DNA of 64,000 bases from Clostridia bacterium (GCA_017626395.1 JAGAIU010000069.1:34015-98014); one strand, 5' to 3'; shown: positions 37,767 through 48,082, counted from the stretch's first letter. Made by a program: numbers and translations. Notes: generated by a model from the letters alone, not told the origin.

Positions 37767-38687
37767 ATGAATAATAAATTATTGTTATTACCAACTAATG
37801 ATTATGTCTTTAAAAGAATATTTGGTAAAAAAGGAAACGAAGATATAACAAGAAATTTTATAGAAAATGTAACAGGAGTAAGATATGAAGATATAAATTT
37901 AGAAGATACTCCAATTTTAGAAAGAGACCTATTAGAAAAGAAAATGGGAGCTTTAGATGTTAAAGTTGTTGCAAATAAATATAGCAATATAGATATTGAA
38001 ATGCAGATAGTAAAAAGTGAATATATAGCAGACAGAATTCTTTGGTATTGGTCAAAAATGTATGCAGGCTCTTTAAATAAAGGGGAAGGATATGATAGTA
38101 CAAAAAGGGCTATTTGTATATTACTAGCAGATTTTAATTTAGAAAATTTAAAAGACGTTTCAAAATTCCATACTGTATGGAATATAAGAGAAGAAAAATA
38201 TCGTAACATGATATTGACAGATAAACTAGAAATCCATATAATAGAATTAGAAAAACTGGAGAATAATATCAAAACAGAAGACTATAAAAATCTTTTAGAA
38301 TGGTGTGAATTTATTAAAAATCCAGGGAAAGTAGGTAATTCTATTATGGGAGAAAATGAATACATAAAAAGAGCCAAAGAAGAATTAGAAAAAATAAGTC
38401 AAGATGAAAGAGAAAGAAGACTAGCAGAACTAAGAGATAAAGCAATAATGGATGAAATTGCTATTCGTGATAGTGGTTTTAAAGAAGGCTATGAAGAAGG
38501 AAAAGCATCTGGTGTAAAAGCAGGAATTGAAGCTGGATTACAAGAAGGTATGAAACAAGGTTTACAAGAAGGAAAAAAAGAAAAGCAAATAGAAATAGCT
38601 AAAAAAATGATAAAAGAAGGAATGAATATTGAAACTATTTCTAAATTAACAGAACTTTCTGAATCTGAAATAAAAGAATTATATTAA
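37767..38687 (+). CDS. Rpn-family recombination-promoting nuclease / putative transposase (PD-(D/E)XK, YhgA-like)
   Basis: 306 aa. N-terminal LLPTNDYVFKRIFG, nuclease core LDVKV...IDIEMQ, Gly/Glu/Lys repeat tail. Confidence 0.8.
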   Translation: MNNKLLLLPTNDYVFKRIFGKKGNEDITRNFIENVTGVRYEDINLEDTPILERDLLEKKMGALDVKVVANKYSNIDIEMQIVKSEYIADRILWYWSKMYAGSLNKGEGYDSTKRAICILLADFNLENLKDVSKFHTVWNIREEKYRNMILTDKLEIHIIELEKLENNIKTEDYKNLLEWCEFIKNPGKVGNSIMGENEYIKRAKEELEKISQDERERRLAELRDKAIMDEIAIRDSGFKEGYEEGKASGVKAGIEAGLQEGMKQGLQEGKKEKQIEIAKKMIKEGMNIETISKLTELSESEIKELY

Positions 38688-38697
38688 TTAAATTATA

Positions 38698-38736
38698 AAT
38701 ACTGGTAATAGTAATATTATCAGTATTTTTTCTTTT
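38698..38736 (+). terminator. intrinsic terminator
   Basis: AATACTGGTAAT / ATTATCAGTATT stem plus T-run. Confidence 0.65.
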
Positions 38737-38770
38737 TTGATAGAAAAATGCTTGTCTTTGTTTTTAGACA

Positions 38771-38799
38771 CTTGAAGAATAATATTATTTATAGTATAA
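38771..38799 (+). promoter_or_regulatory. sigma-A promoter of pnp
   Basis: TTGAAG (38771-38776), 17 nt, TATAAT (38794-38799). Confidence 0.55.
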
Positions 38800-38805
38800 T
38801 TATAT

Positions 38806-38890
38806 ACTAGTAATGATAGGAGTAATTGTAGTAATAATTTGTGAGTATATAAAAGTGCTTAGAAATTATTATTACAACCTGTTATTACTA
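38806..38890 (+). promoter_or_regulatory. long imperfect stem-loop in the pnp 5' leader
   Basis: CTAGTAAT...TTGTAGTAATAATTT (38806-38839) pairs with AAATTATTATTACAA...ATTACTAG (38862-38890). About 29 bp with one bulge and G-U pairs. Confidence 0.5.
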
Positions 38891-38919
38891 GAAATTTAGT
38901 GTTTAGGGAGGAATAAAAA

Positions 38920-41028
38920 ATGTTTAAAAAATTTGAAACTACATTTGCAGGCAAAAAGCTTGTAGTAGAAGTAGGAAAAATGGCTGCTCTTTCAAATGGT
39001 TCATGTCTAGTTAGATATGGAGAGACAGCTGTACTTGTTAATGTTAACATGTCAAAAGAACCAAAAGAAGGCATAGATTTTCTACCTTTATCTGTAGATT
39101 ATGAAGAAAGATTATATGCAGTAGGAAAAATACCTGGTGGGTACATTAAAAGAGAAGGAAAACCTTCTACAAAAGCAGTACTTGTATCACGTGTAATAGA
39201 TAGACCTTTACGTCCACTATTCCCAAAAGATTATAGAAATGATACAGCAATTAATGCATTAGTACTTGCAGTTGATCCGGATATATTACCAGAAATTCCA
39301 GCATCAGTTGGTGCTTCAATTGCTCTTAATATATCAGATATACCTTTTGATACTTTAGTAGGTACAGTAAAAGTTGGATTAGTAGATGGAGAAATCGTTC
39401 TAAATCCAAACTTAGAACAAAGAGAAAAATCTACATTAGATTTAACAGTATCTGCAACACCAACAAAAATTTGTATGATTGAAGCTGGAGCAAAAGAAGT
39501 TCCAGACGATAAAATGCTTGAAGCTATAAAAGTAGCACATCAAGAAATTAAAAATCTTTGTGAATTTATATACAATGTTAAAGCTGAAGTTGGTAAGAAA
39601 AAAGTTGAATATAAATCTTTTGCTATACCACAAGACTTAGCTGACTTTATCAAAGATATAGCTTATGACAAAATGAAAAAAGCTGTACAAACAACAGATA
39701 AAGAACAAAGAGATGAAAATGTAGAAGAAGTAAATAACTTCGTTATTGAAGAATATAAAAAACAATACGGTGAAGATGTTTATGAAGCGAATAAATCAAT
39801 GGTAGCTGAAGCATTATATAAAGCTGAGAAAAAAGCTGTTAGAGATTTAGTTATTCTTGAAAACAAACGTGTTGATGGAAGAGGAAATGATGAAATAAGA
39901 CCACTAAGTGCAGAAGTTGGATTATTTGAAAGAGTTCATGGAAGTGCACTATTCTCTAGAGGCCTTACACAAGTATTATCTATGGTAACACTTGGAAGTG
40001 CATCAGACGTACAAGAACTAGATGGATTAGATGAAGAAGAACAAAAAAGATATATGCATCATTACAACATGCCACCATATAGCGTTGGTGAAGCAAGAGC
40101 ATCACGTGGCCCAGGAAGAAGAGAAATAGGACATGGAGCTTTAGCAGAAAGAGCTTTAGAACCAGTTATACCTTCTCAAGAAGAATTCCCATATACAATT
40201 AGAGTTGTATCAGAAGTATTAAGTTCTAACGGTTCAACTTCACAAGGAAGTGTATGTGGTTCAACACTTGCTCTTATGGATGCTGGTGTTCCAATTAAAG
40301 CACCTGTTGCTGGTATTTCAACTGGATTATTCACAAAAAATGGAAGCACAGATGATTATATAATGGTAACAGATATTCAAGGAATTGAAGATTTCTTTGG
40401 AGATATGGACTTTAAAGTAGCAGGAACAAAAAACGGTATAACTGCTATTCAAGTAGATATAAAAATTGATGGATTATCATATGAAATAATAGAAGAAGCT
40501 TTTGCTAGAACAAATAAAGCAAGACATTATATCTTAGATGAAGTAATGTTAAAAGCTATAGATAAACCACGTCCAAACGTATCAAAATATGCTCCAAAAA
40601 TCGAAGTTATTAAAATTAACCCAGATAGAATAAGAGACGTTATTGGTTCAGGTGGAAAAACAATAAACAAAATTATAGATGAAACACACGTTAAAATAGA
40701 CATAGAAGATGATGGAACAGTATATGTAGCTGGTGTAGATCAAGAAATGCTAGATAAAGCTATAAGCATTATTGAATCACTAACTAAAGACGTAGAACTA
40801 AATGAAGTATATATGGGAAAAGTAACTAAATTATTACAATTTGGTGCTTTAGTAGAAATATTACCAGGAAAAGAAGGATTATTACATATTTCTAAAATTT
40901 CTAAAGAAAGAGTAAATAAAGTTGAAGATGTACTAGCTGTAGGAGATGAAATTTTAGTTAAAGTTGTAGAAATTAATAAAGAAGAAGGTAAATTTAGTCT
41001 TTCTGCAAAAGACGCTATGAAAGTTTAG
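38920..41028 (+). CDS. pnp: polyribonucleotide nucleotidyltransferase (PNPase)
   Basis: 702 aa. Two RNase PH domains, KH (IGSGGKTINKI) and S1 (GKVTKLLQFGALVEI). Confidence 0.95.
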   Translation: MFKKFETTFAGKKLVVEVGKMAALSNGSCLVRYGETAVLVNVNMSKEPKEGIDFLPLSVDYEERLYAVGKIPGGYIKREGKPSTKAVLVSRVIDRPLRPLFPKDYRNDTAINALVLAVDPDILPEIPASVGASIALNISDIPFDTLVGTVKVGLVDGEIVLNPNLEQREKSTLDLTVSATPTKICMIEAGAKEVPDDKMLEAIKVAHQEIKNLCEFIYNVKAEVGKKKVEYKSFAIPQDLADFIKDIAYDKMKKAVQTTDKEQRDENVEEVNNFVIEEYKKQYGEDVYEANKSMVAEALYKAEKKAVRDLVILENKRVDGRGNDEIRPLSAEVGLFERVHGSALFSRGLTQVLSMVTLGSASDVQELDGLDEEEQKRYMHHYNMPPYSVGEARASRGPGRREIGHGALAERALEPVIPSQEEFPYTIRVVSEVLSSNGSTSQGSVCGSTLALMDAGVPIKAPVAGISTGLFTKNGSTDDYIMVTDIQGIEDFFGDMDFKVAGTKNGITAIQVDIKIDGLSYEIIEEAFARTNKARHYILDEVMLKAIDKPRPNVSKYAPKIEVIKINPDRIRDVIGSGGKTINKIIDETHVKIDIEDDGTVYVAGVDQEMLDKAISIIESLTKDVELNEVYMGKVTKLLQFGALVEILPGKEGLLHISKISKERVNKVEDVLAVGDEILVKVVEINKEEGKFSLSAKDAMKV

Positions 41029-41038
41029 GGGTGTTTAG

Positions 41039-41869
41039 ATGCAAGTATATGCATTTGTTGGTAAAACAGGAACTGGAAAAAGCTATAATGCATTAAAAGT
41101 TGCAAAGTCTTATGATATTAAATATATAATAGATGATGCAATATTAATTAAGGAAACGAAGGTTATAGCTGGAAAATCTGCCAAAACTGAAGCGAGTAAA
41201 ATCGCTTCAGTTAAAGCAGCTATTTTCTTTTATGAAGATAGAAAAAAAGAAATGATGGATGCAATCAAGAAAGAAAAAATTGAAAAAATTTTAATTCTTG
41301 GTACATCTGATGAAATGGTACAAAAAATAGCTGGAAATTTAGAATTAGGACCAATATTTAAAACAATTTATATAGAAGATGTTGCAACACCTGAAAAAAT
41401 CGAAGAAGCAAGAAAATCTAGATTTGAAGAAGGAAAACATGTTGTACCTGTTCCCACATTTGAAATTAAGAAACAATTTTCTGGTTATTTTATAGACCCA
41501 CTTCGTATGTTTGATATTTTCAGAAGAGAAAGTAGCAATCTTTATGAAGCAGAATCATCTGAAAAAACAATTATAAGACCAACATATAGTTATATAGGTA
41601 AGTTTAGAATATCAGATAATGTAATGAGAGATTTGGTCACTTATACTGTTGAGCAGATCAGAGGAATTGGTAAAGTTCAGAAAGTTTTTACAGAAAAATA
41701 TATTGACGGAATGAAAATTGAAGTAGATATTCAAGTAATATTTGGGTACAATATACCAAATATTAGTAAAGAAGTAAAAGAAGCTATAATACGTTCAATA
41801 GATACTATGACAGGTATAAATTTATTTGGCATAGATATTAATGTTACGTCAATTATAAAGATAAAATAA
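41039..41869 (+). CDS. P-loop NTPase domain fused to Asp23/Gls24-like domain
   Basis: 276 aa. Walker A GKTGTGKS at the N-terminus. The C-terminal ~110 aa (ISDNVMRDLVTYTV...VKEAIIRSIDTMTGI) resemble the alkaline-shock Asp23 family. Confidence 0.5.
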   Translation: MQVYAFVGKTGTGKSYNALKVAKSYDIKYIIDDAILIKETKVIAGKSAKTEASKIASVKAAIFFYEDRKKEMMDAIKKEKIEKILILGTSDEMVQKIAGNLELGPIFKTIYIEDVATPEKIEEARKSRFEEGKHVVPVPTFEIKKQFSGYFIDPLRMFDIFRRESSNLYEAESSEKTIIRPTYSYIGKFRISDNVMRDLVTYTVEQIRGIGKVQKVFTEKYIDGMKIEVDIQVIFGYNIPNISKEVKEAIIRSIDTMTGINLFGIDINVTSIIKIK

Positions 41870-41932
41870 AATACTAAAATTTGTTGAAATACAACGGATT
41901 TTGTAGTAAAATGTACGCGAGGGTGATAATTA

Positions 41933-42742
41933 ATGGAAACAATTAGATATACAGAGAGAAGAAGAACAACAAAATGGCCTGCAATAATAGTAATGCTATT
42001 TTTAATTGTTGGAGGATGTTTTGTTGCTTATGCTATAAAATTTGAGGACAACCCTAAAATGCTAGGTTTGTCTAATGAAGCAACTACAACAACTACTGAT
42101 GGCCTTGAAAATGTTGAGATGACAGATGCTGAAAAATTAGAACAAGCAATGAATCTTAACTATGAAATTAAAGAAATTAGTTCTAAAGACCAAAGTAGAA
42201 AAAGTTATATAAGTGATATTCATTTACCAGCCATATATGTCGATGGTAAAGAAATAGCGGAATTAAATGCTAAAATCCAAAGTGAATATACAACTAGATT
42301 TGAAACTTTAAAAGAACAAATGGTAGATGCTGATAGTAATTACTCTTTCAATGTAACATATACATATTATGATAACATTGTTGGAATAAAAAAAGTGGTT
42401 TCTCTTGTAGTAAAACAACAAATTGTAGATGAAGATTCACAAAAAGTGACTTCAGAGAAAGTAACTACATATAATGTAGATTTATCTTCTAAGAAAACCT
42501 TAGCGCAAAGTGATGTATTATTTGATACACTTGGTAAAGACTATAAAGAAGTATTAAAAACAGCTGTTAAAGAGTATATTGTAGATAATAAATATACAAC
42601 AGAAGATAAATATAATTATGAAATAACAGGTCTTGAAAATTTCTATATAAAAGATTCTAAATTTCATATAGTATTTAATACTCAAACAGACAATATAATA
42701 CCAAAAGATAGTGGAATAATAGATATTGAAGTTGAAATTTAA
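41933..42742 (+). CDS. membrane-anchored hypothetical protein
   Basis: 269 aa, one N-terminal TM (AIIVMLFLIVGGCFVAYAI). Confidence 0.55.
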   Translation: METIRYTERRRTTKWPAIIVMLFLIVGGCFVAYAIKFEDNPKMLGLSNEATTTTTDGLENVEMTDAEKLEQAMNLNYEIKEISSKDQSRKSYISDIHLPAIYVDGKEIAELNAKIQSEYTTRFETLKEQMVDADSNYSFNVTYTYYDNIVGIKKVVSLVVKQQIVDEDSQKVTSEKVTTYNVDLSSKKTLAQSDVLFDTLGKDYKEVLKTAVKEYIVDNKYTTEDKYNYEITGLENFYIKDSKFHIVFNTQTDNIIPKDSGIIDIEVEI

Positions 42743-42760
42743 CGAGGAGGCAAGAATAGT

Positions 42761-44143
42761 ATGGTAGATTCAATGGAAAAAATAGTTAATTTATGTAAAA
42801 ATAGAGGGTATATATATGCAGGGTCAGAAATCTATGGAGGTCTTGCAAATACTTGGGATTATGGTCCTTTAGGGTCAGAATTAAAAAACAACATAAAAGC
42901 TGCTTGGAGAAAAAAATTCATTCAAGAAAGTAAATATAATGTTGGTCTAGATGCAGCAATTCTTATGAACCCACAAACTTGGGTTGCATCAGGACACGTT
43001 GGCGGATTCTCAGATCCATTAATTGACTGTAAAGATTGTAAAACAAGACATAGAGCAGACAAAATGATAGAAGAATGGGCTCATGATCAAGGAAAAGATA
43101 TGATAGCTGATGGTATGACAGATCAAGCTTTAGTAGATTTTATTAACGAAAATAAAATCCCTTGTCCAAAATGTGGTAAAAATAATTTTACAGATATAAG
43201 AAAATTCAATCTTATGTTTAAAACATTCCAAGGTGTAACTGAAGATAATACTACAACAATTTATTTAAGACCTGAAACAGCACAAGGTATCTTTGTTAAC
43301 TATAAAAATGTTATGAGAACAACAAGAAGAAAAATACCTATGGGTATTGCTCAAATTGGTAAAGCATTTAGAAATGAAATAACACCTGGTAACTTTGTAT
43401 TTAGAATGAGAGAATTCGAACAAATGGAACTTGAATTCTTCTGCAAACCAGGAACAGATTTAGAGTGGCATGAATATTGGAAAACATTCTGTAAAAATTG
43501 GTTATTAAATCTTGGTGTAAAAGAAGAAAATATGAGATTACGTGACCATTCTAAAGAAGAACTTTCTCACTATAGTAATGCAACAACAGATATTGAATTT
43601 TTATTCCCATTTGGTTGGGGAGAACTTTGGGGTATAGCTGATAGAACAGATTTCGACTTATCTCAACATATGAAATTCTCTGGTGAAGATATGACTTATA
43701 CAGAACCAGATACAAATGAAAAATATGTACCTTATTGTATCGAACCATCTTTAGGATGTGATAGAGTAGCTTTAGCTTTCTTATGTAATGCATATGATGA
43801 AGAAAAAATATCTGAAGATGATACAAGAGTAGTATTACATTTACATCCATTCTTAGCTCCAATTAAAATTGCAGTTTTACCTTTATCTAAAAAACTAGCA
43901 GATGGTGCAAAAGAAGTTCAAGAAATGTTAGCTAAAAAATACAATGTAGATTATGATGAATCACAAAGTATTGGTAAAAGATATAGAAGACAAGATGAAA
44001 TTGGTACTCCATATTGTATAACATATGATTTCGAATCAGAAACAGATAAATCTGTTACAATCAGAGACAGAGATACTATGGAACAAGTAAGAGTAAAGAT
44101 TGAAGATTTAGATGCATGGTTTGCAAATAAATTTGATATATAA
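42761..44143 (+). CDS. glyQS: glycine--tRNA ligase (alpha2 GlyQS type)
   Basis: 460 aa. [18 protein letters not shown], class II motifs FRNEITPG and LRPETAQG. Confidence 0.95.
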   Translation: MVDSMEKIVNLCKNRGYIYAGSEIYGGLANTWDYGPLGSELKNNIKAAWRKKFIQESKYNVGLDAAILMNPQTWVASGHVGGFSDPLIDCKDCKTRHRADKMIEEWAHDQGKDMIADGMTDQALVDFINENKIPCPKCGKNNFTDIRKFNLMFKTFQGVTEDNTTTIYLRPETAQGIFVNYKNVMRTTRRKIPMGIAQIGKAFRNEITPGNFVFRMREFEQMELEFFCKPGTDLEWHEYWKTFCKNWLLNLGVKEENMRLRDHSKEELSHYSNATTDIEFLFPFGWGELWGIADRTDFDLSQHMKFSGEDMTYTEPDTNEKYVPYCIEPSLGCDRVALAFLCNAYDEEKISEDDTRVVLHLHPFLAPIKIAVLPLSKKLADGAKEVQEMLAKKYNVDYDESQSIGKRYRRQDEIGTPYCITYDFESETDKSVTIRDRDTMEQVRVKIEDLDAWFANKFDI

Positions 44144-44168
44144 TTGTTGTATTGAGGGGGAAAAGAGT

Positions 44169-44291
44169 ATGAAAAATAAGAACAAACAAGCTAGTGTAAA
44201 AACAAAAGTAGCAACATATGTAGTAATTGGTATTTTAACTTTTACTATGGTTTTCTCAGTATTTGCTGGTTTAGTAGCAGCAATTCAATAG
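44169..44291 (+). CDS. 40-aa single-TM miniprotein
   Basis: RBS GAGGGGGA, ATG 44169. MKNKNKQASVKTKVATYVVIGILTFTMVFSVFAGLVAAIQ*. Not in the supplied track because it is too short. Confidence 0.45.
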   Translation: MKNKNKQASVKTKVATYVVIGILTFTMVFSVFAGLVAAIQ

Positions 44292-44318
44292 TAGCGAAGA
44301 TAACTGGAGGAATATGTT

Positions 44319-45170
44319 ATGCAAAATATTATTAAATCCTTAAGCGGGATGTTATCTGTTATTGTTGATGTATTGGATTTAACAAGTCCAATTAGATATG
44401 CAATTACTGCAATAGATATTATACTAGTAATAACAATTTTTATATACATAGCTAAGTTTATTAAAAAGACAAGAGCTGGTCAAATAGTAAAAGGAATTAT
44501 AGTATTAGCTTTTATTTATATAGCAGCTAAATTATCTAATATGGTAATACTTACTTTCTTGTTAGATAACTTCATGTCATATGGTATCATACTATTACTT
44601 ATAGTATTTCAACCTGAACTTAGAAGTGTATTTGAAAAATTAGGTAGAAGCAAAATTGTAGATGTTTTTGATATGGACGATAATATACTTGTTAAACATG
44701 CAATATCTGAAGTAACAAAAGCTACAGAAATAATGTCTATGAAACAAATTGGTGCTCTTATAGTATTTGAAAGAAATACTAAAGTATCAGAAGTGTTAAG
44801 AGAAGGTGTACCTTTAAATGCTAAAGTTACATCTGAACTTATACAAAACATCTTTATGCCAAGAACACCACTTCATGATGGTGCAATCGTAATTTCTGGT
44901 TCAGAAATTCTTGCCGCTAAATGTATTTTACCGCTTGCATCAGAAGTATCAGTTCCTAGAAATCTTGGAACAAGACATAGAGCTGCAGTTGGTATAACAG
45001 AAATATCTGATGCATTAGTTGTAGTTGTATCAGAAGAAACAGGTACAATCTCACTTGCTGAAGGTGGAAAACTTACAAGAGATCTTACAGCAGACAAATT
45101 AAGAGAATTACTAGATAAAAAATTAGATAGAACAAAAACTAATGTTATTAGAAACATAGTTAAAAAGTAA
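44319..45170 (+). CDS. cdaA: diadenylate cyclase CdaA (c-di-AMP synthase)
   Basis: Three N-terminal TMs plus DAC domain (TPLHDGAIVISG, GTRHRAA). Confidence 0.9.
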   Translation: MQNIIKSLSGMLSVIVDVLDLTSPIRYAITAIDIILVITIFIYIAKFIKKTRAGQIVKGIIVLAFIYIAAKLSNMVILTFLLDNFMSYGIILLLIVFQPELRSVFEKLGRSKIVDVFDMDDNILVKHAISEVTKATEIMSMKQIGALIVFERNTKVSEVLREGVPLNAKVTSELIQNIFMPRTPLHDGAIVISGSEILAAKCILPLASEVSVPRNLGTRHRAAVGITEISDALVVVVSEETGTISLAEGGKLTRDLTADKLRELLDKKLDRTKTNVIRNIVKK

Positions 45171-45219
45171 TATATATTAAGATATATTCATATATAACAA
45201 ATTGAAAGAGAGGTTATAT

Positions 45220-46020
45220 ATGAATATTCTTTTTATAGATACCTATTACCAAAAGGAAGGTAATAAGGTAAAAAATTATATATATAATAAATTAGGTTTT
45301 TATATTGATATATTTAGTAAAGAAAAGATTAAATATTTAACTTATAATGAAGAAAAAATAAATAAAAAAATATTAGCTTATTTATTAAAAAAGATGTATA
45401 AAAATCAAAAAGTTTATGTTACTTTTAGTAGGCAGGCAGAAAAAAACAAAAATATAACAGAAATAATAAATAATAACATATTAAACAAAACAATAGTTAC
45501 GGAGCAAAACAATTTATATGAAAATGATAAAAAATATATAGATAAATACATAGAAGAAAAGAAATTAAATAAAAAAGCCCTAAAAGTGTTATTTGTTATA
45601 GATAATATAAAAGATAAAAGAACAAAAGATAAAATTGAGCAATTTTTAAAAGAATATAAAATTGTAGATATCTTCCTTACAAATCTAGAAAATTATTCTT
45701 CTTTAAAAGAATATGTGGAAAATCTAAATAAAGAAGAAGGAACAACAATAGAAGTTCTTGACAAAATGCCAAAAACGAATTATAATATTCTCCTTGTGTT
45801 TTCAAGTATGCACAAGGAATATTACAATAACAGCTCATTTATCTTAGACTATAACAATAGTGATCTAGATATAGAGTCTAACACATATTTAATATATAAA
45901 AAGAATGAAAAGTATTTTAAAAATATATTTTCTAAATTAAATATGGAGATATCTAGATATGAAAAAACAAAATTAGGTAAACTATATATACATGCAAGTA
46001 GATTAATACTTGACAAATAG
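45220..46020 (+). CDS. hypothetical Lys/Asn-rich protein
   Basis: 266 aa, RBS AGAGAGG. No YbbR-type repeats recognised. Confidence 0.5.
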   Translation: MNILFIDTYYQKEGNKVKNYIYNKLGFYIDIFSKEKIKYLTYNEEKINKKILAYLLKKMYKNQKVYVTFSRQAEKNKNITEIINNNILNKTIVTEQNNLYENDKKYIDKYIEEKKLNKKALKVLFVIDNIKDKRTKDKIEQFLKEYKIVDIFLTNLENYSSLKEYVENLNKEEGTTIEVLDKMPKTNYNILLVFSSMHKEYYNNSSFILDYNNSDLDIESNTYLIYKKNEKYFKNIFSKLNMEISRYEKTKLGKLYIHASRLILDK

Positions 46021-46057
46021 TGTATAATATTAGTGTTAAATTTTAGGAGGGATATTT

Positions 46058-46537
46058 ATGGAAGAAAGAGATATAATGTTGACAGAAGACGGATATAAAA
46101 AACTTGTTGAAGAGTTACAATATTTAAAAGGACCTAGAAAAATGGAGGTTGCAGAAAGAATAAAAGTAGCTAGAGAATTCGGAGATTTATCTGAAAACTC
46201 TGAATATGAAGAAGCTAAAAATGAACAAGCTTTACTTGAAGCTAAAATTGCAGATATGGAAGCAACTATAAGAAATGCTAAAGTAGTAGCTGATCATGAA
46301 ATTTCAACAAGAAAAGCTGGAGTAGGAACACAAGTTACTGTATTTGACTATGAATTCGAAGAAGAAGTTACATATAGTATCGTTGGTGCTACTGAAGTTA
46401 ATATTGCTGAAAACAAAATATCTAATGAATCACCAGTTGGAAAAGCTTTAATGGGCAAGAAAAAAGGTGAAGACTTTGAAGTTGAAACACCAGCTGGAAT
46501 TGCTAAATACAAAGTATTAGATATTAAAAGAATATAA
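46058..46537 (+). CDS. greA: transcription elongation factor GreA
   Basis: 159 aa. LTEDGYKKL...ARE(F)GDLSENSEYEEAK signature. Confidence 0.95.
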   Translation: MEERDIMLTEDGYKKLVEELQYLKGPRKMEVAERIKVAREFGDLSENSEYEEAKNEQALLEAKIADMEATIRNAKVVADHEISTRKAGVGTQVTVFDYEFEEEVTYSIVGATEVNIAENKISNESPVGKALMGKKKGEDFEVETPAGIAKYKVLDIKRI

Positions 46538-46563
46538 ATTAATTAAAGTTTAGGAGTGAGCAT

Positions 46564-48078
46564 ATGGGAGATATTAGTGAATTAAAAAGAGTACGTCTTG
46601 AAAAAGAACAAAAATTAAAAGATTTAGGTATTAGTGTACACCCAGAAAGATATGAAGTAACACATTCATTAAAAGACGTAAGAGAACTTGGAGAAGGTGT
46701 AGAAAACGTTAGAGTAGCAGGACGTGTTATGTCTAAAAGAAAAATGGGTAAAATAAGCTTCATGGATTTAAGAGACATTGAAGGAAAAATACAATTAGTA
46801 TTTAAAAGAGATGATCTTGGTGAAGAAAATTATAAATTATTACATTCAACTGTAGATATAGGTGACTTCATTGGTGTTGAAGGTGATACATTTGTAACAC
46901 AAGCTGGTGAAAAATCTATTCAAGTTAAAAGCTATGAATTTTTAGGAAAAGCTTTAAGACCATTACCAGAAAAATTCCATGGTATATCTAATCAAGAATT
47001 ACTATACAGAGAAAGACACCTTGATTTAATAATGAATGAAGAGACTAAGAAAAGATTCTTACTTAGATCAGATTTCATAAAATTAATGAGAGAATTCTTA
47101 TGGTCAAAAGGATTTATTGAAGTTGATACTCCTGTATTACAAAATACAGCATCAGGTGCAACTGCAAGACCATTCATAACTCATCATAATACATATGATG
47201 CAGATGTATATTTAAGAATATCTCCAGAATTAACACTTAAAAAATTAGTTGTTGGAGGATTTACAAATGTATTTGAAATAGCTAGAGACTTCAGAAATGA
47301 AGGTATAAGTGTAAACCATTTACAAGATTTTACTATGATTGAAGGATATAGTGCATATTATAACTATAAAGATAATATGAAATTAATGAGAGAAATGATT
47401 ACTTTCATTCTAGGAAAATTATTCGATGGTAACTTAATTATAAATATTAGTGGAAAAGATATCGATTTTGGTGCTGAATGGGATGAAGTTTCATTTAGAG
47501 AGCTATTAATAAAAGATTGTGGAATTGATATAGATGAATTCCCAACAGCTGAAAGTTTACTTGCTGAAATAAGAAATAGAAATATTCAACTTGACGTTGA
47601 AAACATTGAAAGTCTTGGAAGAGGAAACTTAATAGACCAATTATACAAAAAAGTAAGTAGACCATATATAATTAAGCCAACATTTTTAACTGGACATCCT
47701 ATAGATTTATCTCCTCTTGCTAGAAGCAATGATGAAAATCCATCTATAACAGATAGATTCCAACTTATAGTAAATGGACAAGAAATCATTAACGGATATT
47801 CTGAGTTAGTTGATTCTCAAGAACAAGAAAGAAGACTAATCGAACAAAATAAATTAAAAGACAATGGTGATGAAGAAGCCATGAGTATAGATCATGAATA
47901 TATTAAAGCTATGGAATATGGTATGCCACCAATTTCTGGTTGGGGACTAGGAATCGATAGATTCTTACAATTCTTAACAAGTAGCTATAATATTAGAGAC
48001 GTTGTATTATACCCATTATTAAAAAGAAGAGATAATGTAGAAGACGACGATGATTTAGATGAGGAAGATGAAGAGTAA
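46564..48078 (+). CDS. lysS: lysine--tRNA ligase (class II) with acidic C-terminal tail
   Basis: 504 aa. OB anticodon-binding domain, class II core (FRNEGIS, GWGLGIDR), tail DNVEDDDDLDEEDEE. Confidence 0.95.
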   Translation: MGDISELKRVRLEKEQKLKDLGISVHPERYEVTHSLKDVRELGEGVENVRVAGRVMSKRKMGKISFMDLRDIEGKIQLVFKRDDLGEENYKLLHSTVDIGDFIGVEGDTFVTQAGEKSIQVKSYEFLGKALRPLPEKFHGISNQELLYRERHLDLIMNEETKKRFLLRSDFIKLMREFLWSKGFIEVDTPVLQNTASGATARPFITHHNTYDADVYLRISPELTLKKLVVGGFTNVFEIARDFRNEGISVNHLQDFTMIEGYSAYYNYKDNMKLMREMITFILGKLFDGNLIINISGKDIDFGAEWDEVSFRELLIKDCGIDIDEFPTAESLLAEIRNRNIQLDVENIESLGRGNLIDQLYKKVSRPYIIKPTFLTGHPIDLSPLARSNDENPSITDRFQLIVNGQEIINGYSELVDSQEQERRLIEQNKLKDNGDEEAMSIDHEYIKAMEYGMPPISGWGLGIDRFLQFLTSSYNIRDVVLYPLLKRRDNVEDDDDLDEEDEE

Positions 48079-48082
48079 TACT

